Shown here: in pieces, positions 51,039 to 60,642 of the stretch
Numbering within the stretch: position 1 is the stretch's first letter
Layout of the letters: each line of letters opens with the position of its first letter
From: Promethearchaeia archaeon
Lineage (GTDB): Archaea; Asgardarchaeota; Lokiarchaeia; Sigyniarchaeales; SOKP01
Direction: 5' to 3'
Assembly: GCA_029856145.1 (NCBI GenBank)
Contig: JAHQWK010000012.1
Location: 64,001-128,000 of the forward strand
DNA length: 64,000 bases
Program-made: the position numbers and the translations under genes
Notes under the pieces: generated by a model
Databases searched by the model: none
The model's input: the letters and a program-made list of their open reading frames with translations, nothing else
Told to the model about the DNA's origin: nothing

Positions 51039-51302
51039 ATGGGAAGAAGGTTATTTACACCCAATAGATGGAATTGGTCCCAAAAGGCAGAAAAATGGGT
51101 ATACGTCGAAATAACGAAAGATGGAAAGAGAAAATATCAATACAAATTAGATCCACCACAAGAATTTATCGAATTAACAATAAAAATGAAAAAGCTTAAC
51201 GAAAAACTATTGGAAGCAACAGATCCAGAAGAAAATATGAATATCTTTAATGAATTAATGATTATATCGCAAAAAATGCAAGAAATGGGAAAATTCGATT
51301 AA
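51039..51302 (+). CDS. Hypothetical protein
   Basis: 87-aa ORF, WNWSQKAEKWVYV. Confidence 0.6.
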   Translation: MGRRLFTPNRWNWSQKAEKWVYVEITKDGKRKYQYKLDPPQEFIELTIKMKKLNEKLLEATDPEENMNIFNELMIISQKMQEMGKFD

Positions 51303-52039
51303 ATATAATTATTTACTTCTTTTCTTGAGAGCTTGTCTGCTAAATAAAGTGGTTCTGGTTGTCGGTGTTCTTTAGTTGATTCTAAGCAGACTTTTAAAGC
51401 AATATCAAGTGTAGTGTTATAACCATTACTTATAAAAACAGGCTTTGAACCGTCGTTTAAACATACCACATATCCTAACAATTCGTTTAATGAGTTTTCA
51501 GTTGTAATTTCAGGATCTTTTGCCCATATTAGAGATTTATTACCTTTGATTAATTGAATTTTATGCCAATTACAATATCCAACGTAGGGATTTTTTGCAA
51601 CTCCTATAGTTGAGATATTTAAAGCGAGACCAAGATGAACTGCTTCCCCAAATCTTCTAGGGTGTATTTTCCCATGACCATCACACATTATAAGATCAGG
51701 TTTATTTGGAAGTTTTGAAATTACCTTTGCTAAAAGTTTACATTCTCGAAATCCTAAAAATCCTGGTTTGTAAGGAAATTTAATTAGTTCTTTAGCAAAA
51801 TAATATGACTCTGCTTTTTTTTGATTAAAATTCCAAACTACCACACAAGCCACTCCATAATCGATTTTTCCTTTTTCATAGTATGAGATATCTACTCCAA
51901 CAATGGTTTTAATAGCCTTAAAATCCTTTATGTGTTTATTTTGGGGCAATTGGATAATTAGGTTTTGATATTTTACTTGAATTGCTTCTGCTTGTTTAAA
52001 TGAATAATCGTCTACTAGTAACTCTTGAATAATTGGCAT
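51299..52039 (-). CDS. nfi: Endonuclease V
   Basis: GVDISY, FPYKPGFLGFRE, DGHGKIHPRRFG, IGVAK, PEP. Confidence 0.9.
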   Translation of the reverse strand: MPIIQELLVDDYSFKQAEAIQVKYQNLIIQLPQNKHIKDFKAIKTIVGVDISYYEKGKIDYGVACVVVWNFNQKKAESYYFAKELIKFPYKPGFLGFRECKLLAKVISKLPNKPDLIMCDGHGKIHPRRFGEAVHLGLALNISTIGVAKNPYVGYCNWHKIQLIKGNKSLIWAKDPEITTENSLNELLGYVVCLNDGSKPVFISNGYNTTLDIALKVCLESTKEHRQPEPLYLADKLSRKEVNNYI

Positions 52040-52193
52040 TCTAAATTAAGTATTTTGTAATTCTTATGTAATATTAAATTCAGATGGTTTAATATTATTC
52101 TAGTTTAGTAATTCACTCTAAATTATTTGAATTTATAAATAAAAACTTTAATTTACTTCGATTTATACTCTAAATTAGTTTGGTGATTTTTCT

Positions 52194-52997
52194 ATGAAAA
52201 TTAGTGTAAGTGGAAAGGGTGGTGTTGGAAAGACTTTAGTTGCTGGTATTCTAGCAAGAATGTTTGCAAAAGATGAATTTAAGGTTTTAGCAATTGATAA
52301 TGATTCTGCTATGAATCTTAGTTATACTTTAGGCATCGATGAAAAGACTAAGGCTCAAATCGTCCCAATTAAAGAAATGAAATCAATGATAGAAGAAAGA
52401 ACGTTTGTAAAAGGTGCTGGTCCTGGAGTATATAATATAAACCCAGAAGTCTCTGACATACCCGATAAATTTAAAGTATCAGGTCAAGATGGCTTACAAT
52501 TGCTGGTTTTAGGTGGAATTGAAGAACCAGCTACAGGATGTTTATGTCCAGAAAATGCCTTAATAAGAACCCTCTTATACAATTTATTTGTTAAAAGGGA
52601 TGAAATTGTAATTGTCGATTTTGAAGCAGGTATAGAACACTTAGGGCGTGGCACAGCAAAAGGTATTGATTTAATGTTAGTTATAACAGAGCCTTCTCAA
52701 AAATCTTTAGATCTCTGCAAGAAAATAATAGATCTTTCAAAAAAATTAGGAGTTATTAATATTTATTTAATTGCAAATAAAATAGCTGACGAGTCTCAAA
52801 AAGATGTGATTAATCAAAAAATTAAAGATTGGGAGGTTCCCCTTTATCATTCAATCCCTTTTGACCCTGAAATTGGGAAAGCTGATTTAGAGGGTATATC
52901 TCCAATGGACCATAACTCAAATTCAAAGGCAATTCTATCAATTAAATCTCTTTATAATAAATTAAAAAAATTAAAAGCTGAACTCTTTGATTTATAG
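52194..52997 (+). CDS. cooC: CooC/AcsF nickel-insertion ATPase
   Basis: SGKGGVGKT, GCLCPEN, DFEAGIEHLGRGT. Confidence 0.9.
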   Translation: MKISVSGKGGVGKTLVAGILARMFAKDEFKVLAIDNDSAMNLSYTLGIDEKTKAQIVPIKEMKSMIEERTFVKGAGPGVYNINPEVSDIPDKFKVSGQDGLQLLVLGGIEEPATGCLCPENALIRTLLYNLFVKRDEIVIVDFEAGIEHLGRGTAKGIDLMLVITEPSQKSLDLCKKIIDLSKKLGVINIYLIANKIADESQKDVINQKIKDWEVPLYHSIPFDPEIGKADLEGISPMDHNSNSKAILSIKSLYNKLKKLKAELFDL

Positions 52998-53148
52998 GTA
53001 AATAAGTCATTTTATTTTTCTTCTATATAATTTATTTAAGTTACTATATATTCTATATAGTTCACCTATAAATACCTAATTTTTGTTTAGGTGATTGGAG
53101 ATAATCCAAAATTAAAAAAATTAAAAAAATAGAGGTGGAATAAAGAAG

Positions 53149-53331
53149 TTGAGAAAGAAAGAAAACCTTCTAGTATTAGGAATGTTTTGTTTAATCATAG
53201 CATTCGTTTTAGAAATGGCAGGTAATGGAACTTTTTTAGCTAATTTCATAAGTTTGTTGTTTGTCGGAATAGCAATTTTTTCTAATGCTGAATATCTGGT
53301 TTTAACTTCTTTAGAGAGAAATAAGAAATAG
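53149..53331 (+). CDS. Small two-TM protein
   Basis: Two hydrophobic helices; GAGGTG SD-like sequence upstream. Confidence 0.5.
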   Translation: MRKKENLLVLGMFCLIIAFVLEMAGNGTFLANFISLLFVGIAIFSNAEYLVLTSLERNKK

Positions 53332-53347
53332 TTTCAAATATTTTTTT

Positions 53348-53590
53348 TTAAATTACATCCGTTAAATTCAAATCCTGATCTTCAGCAAGTTCTCTCCATT
53401 GTTCGATAGATTCTTTAGCTTCTTCTTCATTCATCATTTCAATTGCATATCCTGCATGAACGATAACATACTTTCCAATTTCAGGTTTTTGAATTAACGC
53501 AATAATTACATTTTGTTTAATTCCATCAAAATCTACTAATGCAGAATTCTCATCAATTTCTAAGATTTTTCCTGGTATTGCTAAGCACAT
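53348..53590 (-). CDS. hypC: Hydrogenase maturation chaperone HypC
   Basis: MCLAIPG, YVIVHAGYAI. Confidence 0.95.
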   Translation of the reverse strand: MCLAIPGKILEIDENSALVDFDGIKQNVIIALIQKPEIGKYVIVHAGYAIEMMNEEEAKESIEQWRELAEDQDLNLTDVI

Positions 53591-53740
53591 AAAAATTCTC
53601 TAGTCAAAACTACAATTAGTAATTCTTATAATATAATTAAATAAATAAAATTATCTTTTTCTTCAATTAAAAAGCCCGTTTTAAATAAAATGAAAGGATA
53701 AGGGAGGATGAGCAAAGTAGACAAAAAAATTTAATCTAAC

Positions 53741-54535
53741 TTATTTTTTCATGCTATAGTAAGCTATAAGGTCGTCTAACCAATTGAAGATTTCTTCTTT
53801 TGATAGATTGTCAAGATTAAACTTCAGTCTTTCTAATTCTCTTAGAATATTTTTAATATCCAATGGTATAGATCGTTGACATAGTTCAAATAAAAATTCA
53901 TTACTCTTTGTAACCAATGATTTAATTTCCGAATCCATTGCTTCAAATATAGGAGTATTATCTAATTCATCCACAGTTTTATCAATATCTACAAGTAAAT
54001 TTATTAAATCAAAAAGTCTTCCCGTTTCATTTCCTTTAAATGAACTATGAAACTGAAAGAAATAACCCCTGTAATCATCTATAGGAATTAATTCGGAATA
54101 TTGATTCGCTATTCGAATAACAGATTTTATATGTTTATATAGATTCGATGGAGCCCATGCATATAAATCAAGACTAGACTCTACTTCCTTACTTCGTATA
54201 TCTAAATTAAATTGATGCTCATCTTTAAAATAACCAAAAGGAATAATAACAAAATCCAATGAATTTACACTATTTTTCGTTAAAGAAAAGCTTAGATCAT
54301 CTATAGTATAAGCTTGATCTAGTGAATGTCTATATAAGTTAAATTTTATTTTTTTAATACCTGGTTTATACATATAAAATAATAATCCTTCAAATCCCTG
54401 AAGACTAAACTCTACTGAAAATTTTATATCTCTTTTTATATTCGCTCCATTATTAAATCTTACATCAAGAAATAAATGATAATAGTTTTCAAGATACTGG
54501 AAAAACCAAGGAGCATCGCGCTTTAAATTAAACAT
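53741..54535 (-). CDS. Hypothetical protein
   Basis: 264-aa ORF, no motif recognised. Confidence 0.6.
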   Translation of the reverse strand: MFNLKRDAPWFFQYLENYYHLFLDVRFNNGANIKRDIKFSVEFSLQGFEGLLFYMYKPGIKKIKFNLYRHSLDQAYTIDDLSFSLTKNSVNSLDFVIIPFGYFKDEHQFNLDIRSKEVESSLDLYAWAPSNLYKHIKSVIRIANQYSELIPIDDYRGYFFQFHSSFKGNETGRLFDLINLLVDIDKTVDELDNTPIFEAMDSEIKSLVTKSNEFLFELCQRSIPLDIKNILRELERLKFNLDNLSKEEIFNWLDDLIAYYSMKK

Positions 54536-54682
54536 AATTATTTTAACTATATTTTATTATTTATTTCTTATTATCTAATAATCCCTAAGATAAATACAAT
54601 GGAATTGTGTAATTGTACAAAATTATAAAATTCCAAATTATTAAATAATCCTTTATTATTTAAACTTTACAATCGTTTTTAA

Positions 54683-54973
54683 TTAAGTTTTAAAATCTAA
54701 AATTCTAGAACCATGAAATAATCTAACTATTTGAACCTTATCTCCAAAAATTCTATAAATAAGACGATAATTTCTTAAAATTAATTCTCGAATATTTGGA
54801 TCGTCGAGCTCTGGTACTTTTCTTCCCAATTTCGGAAATTGAGTTAAACTTTCAACTTTTTCACGAACCAGTTCATAAAAGGAAAGAGCATATTCAAGCG
54901 AGTCTTGAGCAATATAATCAATAATCTCATTCAAATCATTTTCTGCTGTTGGAGACCATTCTATTTCAACCAT
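54683..54973 (-). CDS. RelE/ParE family toxin
   Basis: WSPTAENDLNEIIDYIAQDS, FPKLGRKVPE, YRLIY, HGSR. Confidence 0.9.
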   Translation of the reverse strand: MVEIEWSPTAENDLNEIIDYIAQDSLEYALSFYELVREKVESLTQFPKLGRKVPELDDPNIRELILRNYRLIYRIFGDKVQIVRLFHGSRILDFKT

Positions 54974-55161
54974 TTTTCCAATCTCTTTTTAGCATTTTCC
55001 ATGACTTGTTCATGAGGAATTACTTTTCCTAGCTTAACTTCTTCAATACCCGTTAATATCTTCTTTTTAACATATAGATGATACATGATATCATCAATTG
55101 TAGCATCTTCTGGTAATTTTCTTATAAGGGCTATTATTTCTTCCTTAAGATTAGTAGTCAT
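54961..55161 (-). CDS. Antitoxin of the RelE/ParE pair
   Basis: LPEDATIDDIMYHLYV..I..G..G..HE; overlaps the toxin start. Confidence 0.85.
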   Translation of the reverse strand: MTTNLKEEIIALIRKLPEDATIDDIMYHLYVKKKILTGIEEVKLGKVIPHEQVMENAKKRLEKWLK

Positions 55162-55527
55162 AAGTTCTCACTATCTAAATAATCATTTTAACTTTTATAA
55201 TTACTTATCCACTTTTAATAACCCATAGAAATGATAACAATCTTTCTAATTGAAAAACTTTCTGGCATTGTCATATTCATTAAATTTAAAAAAAAATTAT
55301 TTAATTAAAATTCTCCAGTTATTTCATCTTGTCTCAAAACTTCTCTGAATTTGGTACGATTGAAAGAAATTAAAGATATTTTTTCAATCAGATCTCCGTT
55401 ATTTGAAGCGAATACCAGTCTAGTTGGTTCTTTATTATCGTATCTTTCTTATTTAAATCTTACAATCTCAATAAGAATGTTTAAAAAAATTAAAAAAATA
55501 AAAGAATTTTAAGATTATACTATTTAT

Positions 55528-56406
55528 CTATATACCAAGCTTTTCTAATACTCCAGATAATCTTGTACGATGAAATTTTAATCCTAATTCATCCGGACTA
55601 AATCCCATTGCTAAAGCATATAATTCTGTTAGATACAAAACAGGGATTCCATATTCGGTTTCGAACATCTTGCCGAGATCTCTTTGTCTAGTATCAAATT
55701 GCTGGAAACATGATGGACAGTTCACAACAATGACGTCCGCACCAGTCTTTTTAATACTATCCATTTTTTTCTTTAGATTTGCCATGCCATGTTCCTCATA
55801 TGCATTTGTTACTGCTGAACCGCAACAAAGTGCAATTTCTTCATAGTCTACTACTGTAGCCCCAGAAAGAGCTGCTAACTCTTTTAAATTAGTCGGTCGC
55901 ATTGGATCGTCGGATTCCATCCATTCAGCGGGTCTCATATAATGACACCCTGGATGGCAAGCTACTTTCAAACCACCTAATTGTTTAGTTATAGCTCCTC
56001 TAATCTTATCCAATCCCACTTCATCTTTCAATACATCAACAAAATGCTTTATATCTATAGACCCTTTAAATTCCTTCCCGATTTTTGCCAGCTCCGAATT
56101 GACCTTTTCCTTCTTCAAGCTATCATGCTCTAATTGATGCTTTACACCTCTTAAAGTATTAGCACAACCATTACATAATGATACAATGTCCTTACCCTCT
56201 GTTTCTGCTAAACATAGATTTCGAGCACCGATTGTTAACCACGCATCATTATCAAAACATTTTACTCCAGTAGGATCTGGACAACATGAGAATGGTGCCT
56301 GAGAGGTTTCAATACCTAGCTTATCAAAAACTTTTCTTGAAGCAGCTTCAATAAAAGGAATTCTATTACCAATAACACATCCCTCAAACATTTTATATTC
56401 TGTCAT
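55528..56406 (-). CDS. hdrB: Heterodisulfide reductase subunit B
   Basis: Two CCG domains: GC..CCP..CNGC and GCH..CCG..CPSC. Confidence 0.9.
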   Translation of the reverse strand: MTEYKMFEGCVIGNRIPFIEAASRKVFDKLGIETSQAPFSCCPDPTGVKCFDNDAWLTIGARNLCLAETEGKDIVSLCNGCANTLRGVKHQLEHDSLKKEKVNSELAKIGKEFKGSIDIKHFVDVLKDEVGLDKIRGAITKQLGGLKVACHPGCHYMRPAEWMESDDPMRPTNLKELAALSGATVVDYEEIALCCGSAVTNAYEEHGMANLKKKMDSIKKTGADVIVVNCPSCFQQFDTRQRDLGKMFETEYGIPVLYLTELYALAMGFSPDELGLKFHRTRLSGVLEKLGI

Positions 56407-56422
56407 TTTTCTTATCCTCGAA

Positions 56423-56932
56423 TTATTTTAGTTTTTTATCTGTTCCAATATTTTTTAGTAATGTTTGTACTTCATTCACATCTGGTACTACTACCGCTGG
56501 TAAACCTAATTGTTCTCTTCGTCTCTCAATTGCAGGTTGTGAAGGAATTGCTTTGGCATTTTCGAAAACTGTTTTTGCCTGTGAATAGATAAATTCTGGA
56601 CCTTTCCCTAGAGCAATACTCTGGTTTTTTAGAAATGTAAAGATTTCTGTAAGCTCAATATTTTGGGGACATACCTCATCACATGTATCACAAACAGTAC
56701 AACCCCAAATAGTTAACTCATCTCCTCCAAGGAGTAAACCTTTATATCCTAAAAGAGCAAATAAGATATTTTTTCTAGGATTATAACCCTTAGCCGGGTC
56801 ATAAAAATCCGCGGTAACATCAGTTACAGGACAATTATCAGCACATCTACTACATTGATAACAGTATTTAATCACATCAGGCCCAATATGGTAATCTAAA
56901 ATCTGTTTTCTCCATTCAAAGTTTACTTCCAT
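56423..56932 (-). CDS. hdrC: Heterodisulfide reductase subunit C
   Basis: CYQCSRCADNCP and CTVCDTCDEVCP. Confidence 0.9.
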   Translation of the reverse strand: MEVNFEWRKQILDYHIGPDVIKYCYQCSRCADNCPVTDVTADFYDPAKGYNPRKNILFALLGYKGLLLGGDELTIWGCTVCDTCDEVCPQNIELTEIFTFLKNQSIALGKGPEFIYSQAKTVFENAKAIPSQPAIERRREQLGLPAVVVPDVNEVQTLLKNIGTDKKLK

Positions 56933-56977
56933 TTTTTTTCACTTTTTTTCTTATTTTTTGAATGATTTTTTTTATTT

Positions 56978-57055
56978 GTAGGCTTTAACCCCACGCAAGG
57001 GGCAGTTATATCCAATTTCTATTATTTTTATTGGACATTCATCCTATAAGCCTAC
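56978..57055 (-). promoter_or_regulatory. Candidate SECIS element 3' of vhuU
   Basis: AUGA followed by stem AUGUCCAAU/AUUGGAUAU with an AAAAA-starting loop, plus outer helix GUAGGCUU/AAGCCUAC. Confidence 0.6.
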
Positions 57056-57190
57056 GTTCAAATTTCGAGAGTAAATCTCAGTGCCCTCTTCATTAACTAC
57101 AGTAATGTGAGCAGCACACGATAGTCAACAGTCAAAACAGCGAACTATCATTTCCAAGAGATTTACTACACCTTCTGGTATATCACTCAT
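57044..57190 (-). CDS. vhuU: Selenocysteine-containing hydrogenase subunit VhuU (UGA = Sec22)
   Basis: MSDIPEGVVNLLEMIVRCFDC-U-LSCAAHITVVNEEGTEIYSRNLNVGL; TGA at 57125-57127; supplies the L2 motif absent from vhuA. Confidence 0.92.
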
Positions 57191-57233
57191 CTTTTTTTAT
57201 TCACTTTTTTATTTAATTTTCAATATATTTGAT

Positions 57234-58538
57234 TTATTTAATCCATGGGTCTGGTAATTTTAATCCATCTAGTGCCTTGTCTTCGAAAACCTGTTTAGCT
57301 ACATGCATTAATGTCTTTTCAATTCCCGCAATATTATGGTTAGTTGCTACTAAGAGATTTGCTTTTTTACAAATTCCTTCAGCATCTGACCAAATATGAT
57401 ACAAAAGTAATCCTCGTGGAGCTTCAGTGACGCCAACACCATCTCCTTCTCGTGGTTGGACATCCAAAGTTTTACAATCTGGATTTACCACATCATCATC
57501 TTGAAGGAGTGTTGCTACAACTTCAATTGACTCAACTAATTCAATTAATCGAGCCCAATGATATGCGAATGTATGATGAGGTATGTTTCCAACTTTTGCT
57601 CTCATTGCTTGCAATGCTTCATCAGCTAAGGGAGTTGCCATTTTATCTGCACAGTTAATCATTGCTAATGTATTCGCTCGATAAATACCTTCAGGGTATC
57701 CAGCAGGTTTATAATACATGTGAGTTGCATAAGAATGTTCTGGAATGTGTTCACCTAAAGCGTCTAAATATTTCTGAGGTGGATAATCGAATTTCTCTCC
57801 ATCAGGAGAAACAATACGAATATCACCATCATAAATATCATGAACACCATTTTTAGTCATACCTAAGTAATAAGTTGGAACAACACCAACATTAGCAACA
57901 ACATCCCAATAATCTTCGACAACTTTTAAACCAATATCCACAGTCTTTTTTGTCCATTCAACTTGATCCTCAATTTGTTTTAAAAACAAATCTCGAACAT
58001 CTTCATCTAAAGGCTTTTTCATTCCACCAACTATAGCAGAAATTGGATGTACAGATTTACCACCTACTGCAGCGCATAATTTCTGTCCAAAATCCATCAT
58101 TTTTAATGCCATTGTACCGACTTCTGGCATTTTATTGATGACATGAACAACATTCCTTAGCGCAGGATCAGCGAAAGGTCCTAATAAGAAATCAGGAGCT
58201 GCAAGTGCATAGAAATGAAGTGCATGTGATGAATATTGCTTTGCATTCTGTAACAATTGACGTAATTTATATGCTGCAGGAGGAATTTGAACGCCCCAAG
58301 CGTCTTCTACTGCTTTGGTAGGTGTTAGATGATGAGGTATCGGACATATACCACAAATTCTTGGAGTAATTCTAGGGATATTTTCGCAATATCTTCCTTC
58401 AAGAAATTTCTCAAAAAATCTTGTCGAAGTGATATTGAATTGAACATCTTGTACCTTTCCATCATCACCTAAGACTAATCTTAAGCCTCCATGTCCCTCT
58501 AATCGAGTCACGGGGTCTACTACTATTTCTTTTACCAT
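57234..58538 (-). CDS. vhuA: F420-non-reducing (group 3c) hydrogenase large subunit, split type
   Basis: TRLEGHG, RFFEKFL.GR, RICGICP, EAPRG.L.H; ends without DPCxxC. Confidence 0.92.
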   Translation of the reverse strand: MVKEIVVDPVTRLEGHGGLRLVLGDDGKVQDVQFNITSTRFFEKFLEGRYCENIPRITPRICGICPIPHHLTPTKAVEDAWGVQIPPAAYKLRQLLQNAKQYSSHALHFYALAAPDFLLGPFADPALRNVVHVINKMPEVGTMALKMMDFGQKLCAAVGGKSVHPISAIVGGMKKPLDEDVRDLFLKQIEDQVEWTKKTVDIGLKVVEDYWDVVANVGVVPTYYLGMTKNGVHDIYDGDIRIVSPDGEKFDYPPQKYLDALGEHIPEHSYATHMYYKPAGYPEGIYRANTLAMINCADKMATPLADEALQAMRAKVGNIPHHTFAYHWARLIELVESIEVVATLLQDDDVVNPDCKTLDVQPREGDGVGVTEAPRGLLLYHIWSDAEGICKKANLLVATNHNIAGIEKTLMHVAKQVFEDKALDGLKLPDPWIK

Positions 58539-58542
58539 TTTT

Positions 58543-59856
58543 TTATACGCCTCCTTTTCTTGATGCTAATGTAAATTTTTCAAAAGTGCCAATAGGATCT
58601 TTTACTTGAGCAAGTAGTTCATCTTTGGATAAACTCACATTGAATCCCTTAAGTATAGTATCTGCAAATCTCTCTGCTTGATCAACACCCCATTCTGTCT
58701 GACCATAACAGCCAGAACATGGAGCGTTAACCTTGATACATAGACCGCCACAGCCAGCACGAGTAACAGGACCCATACAGATATATCCTTGTTCAATAAG
58801 ACAATCATCCATATTAGGAAGCCCTTCATAGTCTCTTTTAACTTTTGTCATTGTAGATTTGCTTCCAATAATCCGAGGACATGTGTCACAGACGTTTGAG
58901 ATTTCAGTGAAATCTGAATTATCTCTCAAGAAAGCCATTAAACTTCCCGCAATTTCCTCTGTTGTTGGAGGTAAATTTGCTATGGGTGTGTCAGGAGTTC
59001 CATGTTTCTTTACTTGTTTTAGGATATCTCCAGCTAAATCAAAACCTGCCATTAATGGGACATTCAAGAATAATGTTAGAAATTCATACAAATTCTTTTT
59101 ATCTCCTGAACTAATAGCACCAAGACTCTTCGTCATACTGCCTAATTTTTCTGCTCTAGAATCAACTGTCTTTGCAGGCCCAAAGCAACCAACACAGGGT
59201 TTTCCTTTACTGGTACATTTTAAGCTGCAACCAATACTAGTTATGGGACCGAAGCATAATTTTCCTGCGTCTAATAAACAGTTATCTTTAATAGCACAAT
59301 CATTACAATATGCAAGATCATTCATAGGAAATGGCTTTTGTCCTAATAAGAATATCACAGCACTGACAATCTGTTCTGGTCTAGGCGGACACCCTGCCAT
59401 ATAAACATCTACATTAATAATATCATCAACAGGAACGATTTTATCTCTAAAACCGGGAGTATGTTGTGTTGGTTCACCACCACTTCCATCAGCTATACTT
59501 TCTACTTCAGAGAATTTTCTTCTTACTAAGTCATCTTTATTCCACTGGTTAGCTAATCCATGTACATTTCCATAGCAGGAACAACTTCCAAAATTAATGA
59601 TTAGAGCGCATTTTTCTCTCATTAGTTTGACGTTTTCATAATCTTCATTAGTTCTAACAGAACCTTCAATGAATCCGACTAATATTGAACCGTTTTCTCT
59701 CGCTTTCAATGAATCATGTTTAAAGTCTACTACTGCTGGCCAGTAAACTATTTCGAGTGCTGGAAGAACTGGCAATAATCCTAAATGAGCATTCAATAAG
59801 GATTGATGACAACCCCAACAATCGGAAAGTTGCATAAAAGCTACTTTTACTGCCAT
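58543..59856 (-). CDS. vhuG: F420-non-reducing hydrogenase small subunit with duplicated distal Fe-S module
   Basis: DCWGC, GSCSCYG, GCPP, two C..C/CL..G..C.GP.T..GC..C..PC.GC.G blocks. Confidence 0.88.
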   Translation of the reverse strand: MAVKVAFMQLSDCWGCHQSLLNAHLGLLPVLPALEIVYWPAVVDFKHDSLKARENGSILVGFIEGSVRTNEDYENVKLMREKCALIINFGSCSCYGNVHGLANQWNKDDLVRRKFSEVESIADGSGGEPTQHTPGFRDKIVPVDDIINVDVYMAGCPPRPEQIVSAVIFLLGQKPFPMNDLAYCNDCAIKDNCLLDAGKLCFGPITSIGCSLKCTSKGKPCVGCFGPAKTVDSRAEKLGSMTKSLGAISSGDKKNLYEFLTLFLNVPLMAGFDLAGDILKQVKKHGTPDTPIANLPPTTEEIAGSLMAFLRDNSDFTEISNVCDTCPRIIGSKSTMTKVKRDYEGLPNMDDCLIEQGYICMGPVTRAGCGGLCIKVNAPCSGCYGQTEWGVDQAERFADTILKGFNVSLSKDELLAQVKDPIGTFEKFTLASRKGGV

Positions 59857-60407
59857 TTTTTATCAATTTTTTTTTGTATATTTTGTTTGTTTAAATTAGC
59901 TAATTTAAATTAAAAAAAATTAGTTGAGATATGTTATTCATAACTGTATTAAAAAGTTCTGATTCCTTTTACATTCTGATAAAATTATTTTTACAATATG
60001 AATAAATATTCAAAATTTACATTTAGCTAAATTTGGAAGCAGATTTTTAATTAACTCCTTATTATATTTTAGAAAATGAAATATTTATTTTTTTATTCGT
60101 TTTAAGCGAAAATAATAAGCCTTTTATCGAATAAATTAACTAAATTTATCTGATTGTGGTAAATGATAATTCCATTAAAATAACTATGTTCTTGTGTTAA
60201 ATTTTAATTATTAATGTCGACCTTGTTTTAAGAGTATTTGAAGATAAATTTTGTATTAATAAAACTGATAATTTTGTAGAAGAAAAACTGACTGACTAAT
60301 TTCATTAATTTTAAATATTTTACCATCTAATTAGAATTATCATTCATTTACCTATCGAATGATTATTCAAAACAATTAAATAAAAAACAAAAAAAAGTTG
60401 GATAGAA

Positions 60408-60641
60408 ATGGTAGATATTACAGATACACTGGATTGCACGGGCGATGTTTGTCCTTATCCAGATGTAAAAAGCAAAAGAAGAGTTAAAAAGATGAATTCA
60501 GGAGAAGTACTTGAAATTCTCCTTGATTATCCTCTTTCAGCTGAGAGAATTCCCGAAACTATGAAATCTCTAGGGCATGAAGTGCTATCTGTAGATAAGA
60601 CCGGAGATTCTTCTTGGAAGATTCTCATCCAAATAAAATAA
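60408..60641 (+). CDS. TusA/SirA/YedF sulfur carrier
   Basis: LDCTGDVCPYP, GEVLEILLD. Confidence 0.9.
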   Translation: MVDITDTLDCTGDVCPYPDVKSKRRVKKMNSGEVLEILLDYPLSAERIPETMKSLGHEVLSVDKTGDSSWKILIQIK

Positions 60642-60642
60642 G

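Noticed and set aside
55528-56932. Methanogenesis inferred from hdrBC and mtrH
   Set aside because: No mcr or mtrA-G in the window; these genes are widespread in non-methanogens.
57234-58538. Truncated hydrogenase pseudogene
   Set aside because: The missing C-terminal motif is supplied by the adjacent vhuU.
59857-60407. Hidden Sec-containing vhuD upstream of vhuG
   Set aside because: Very AT-rich, with no VhuD-like motif seen; looks like a divergent promoter region.
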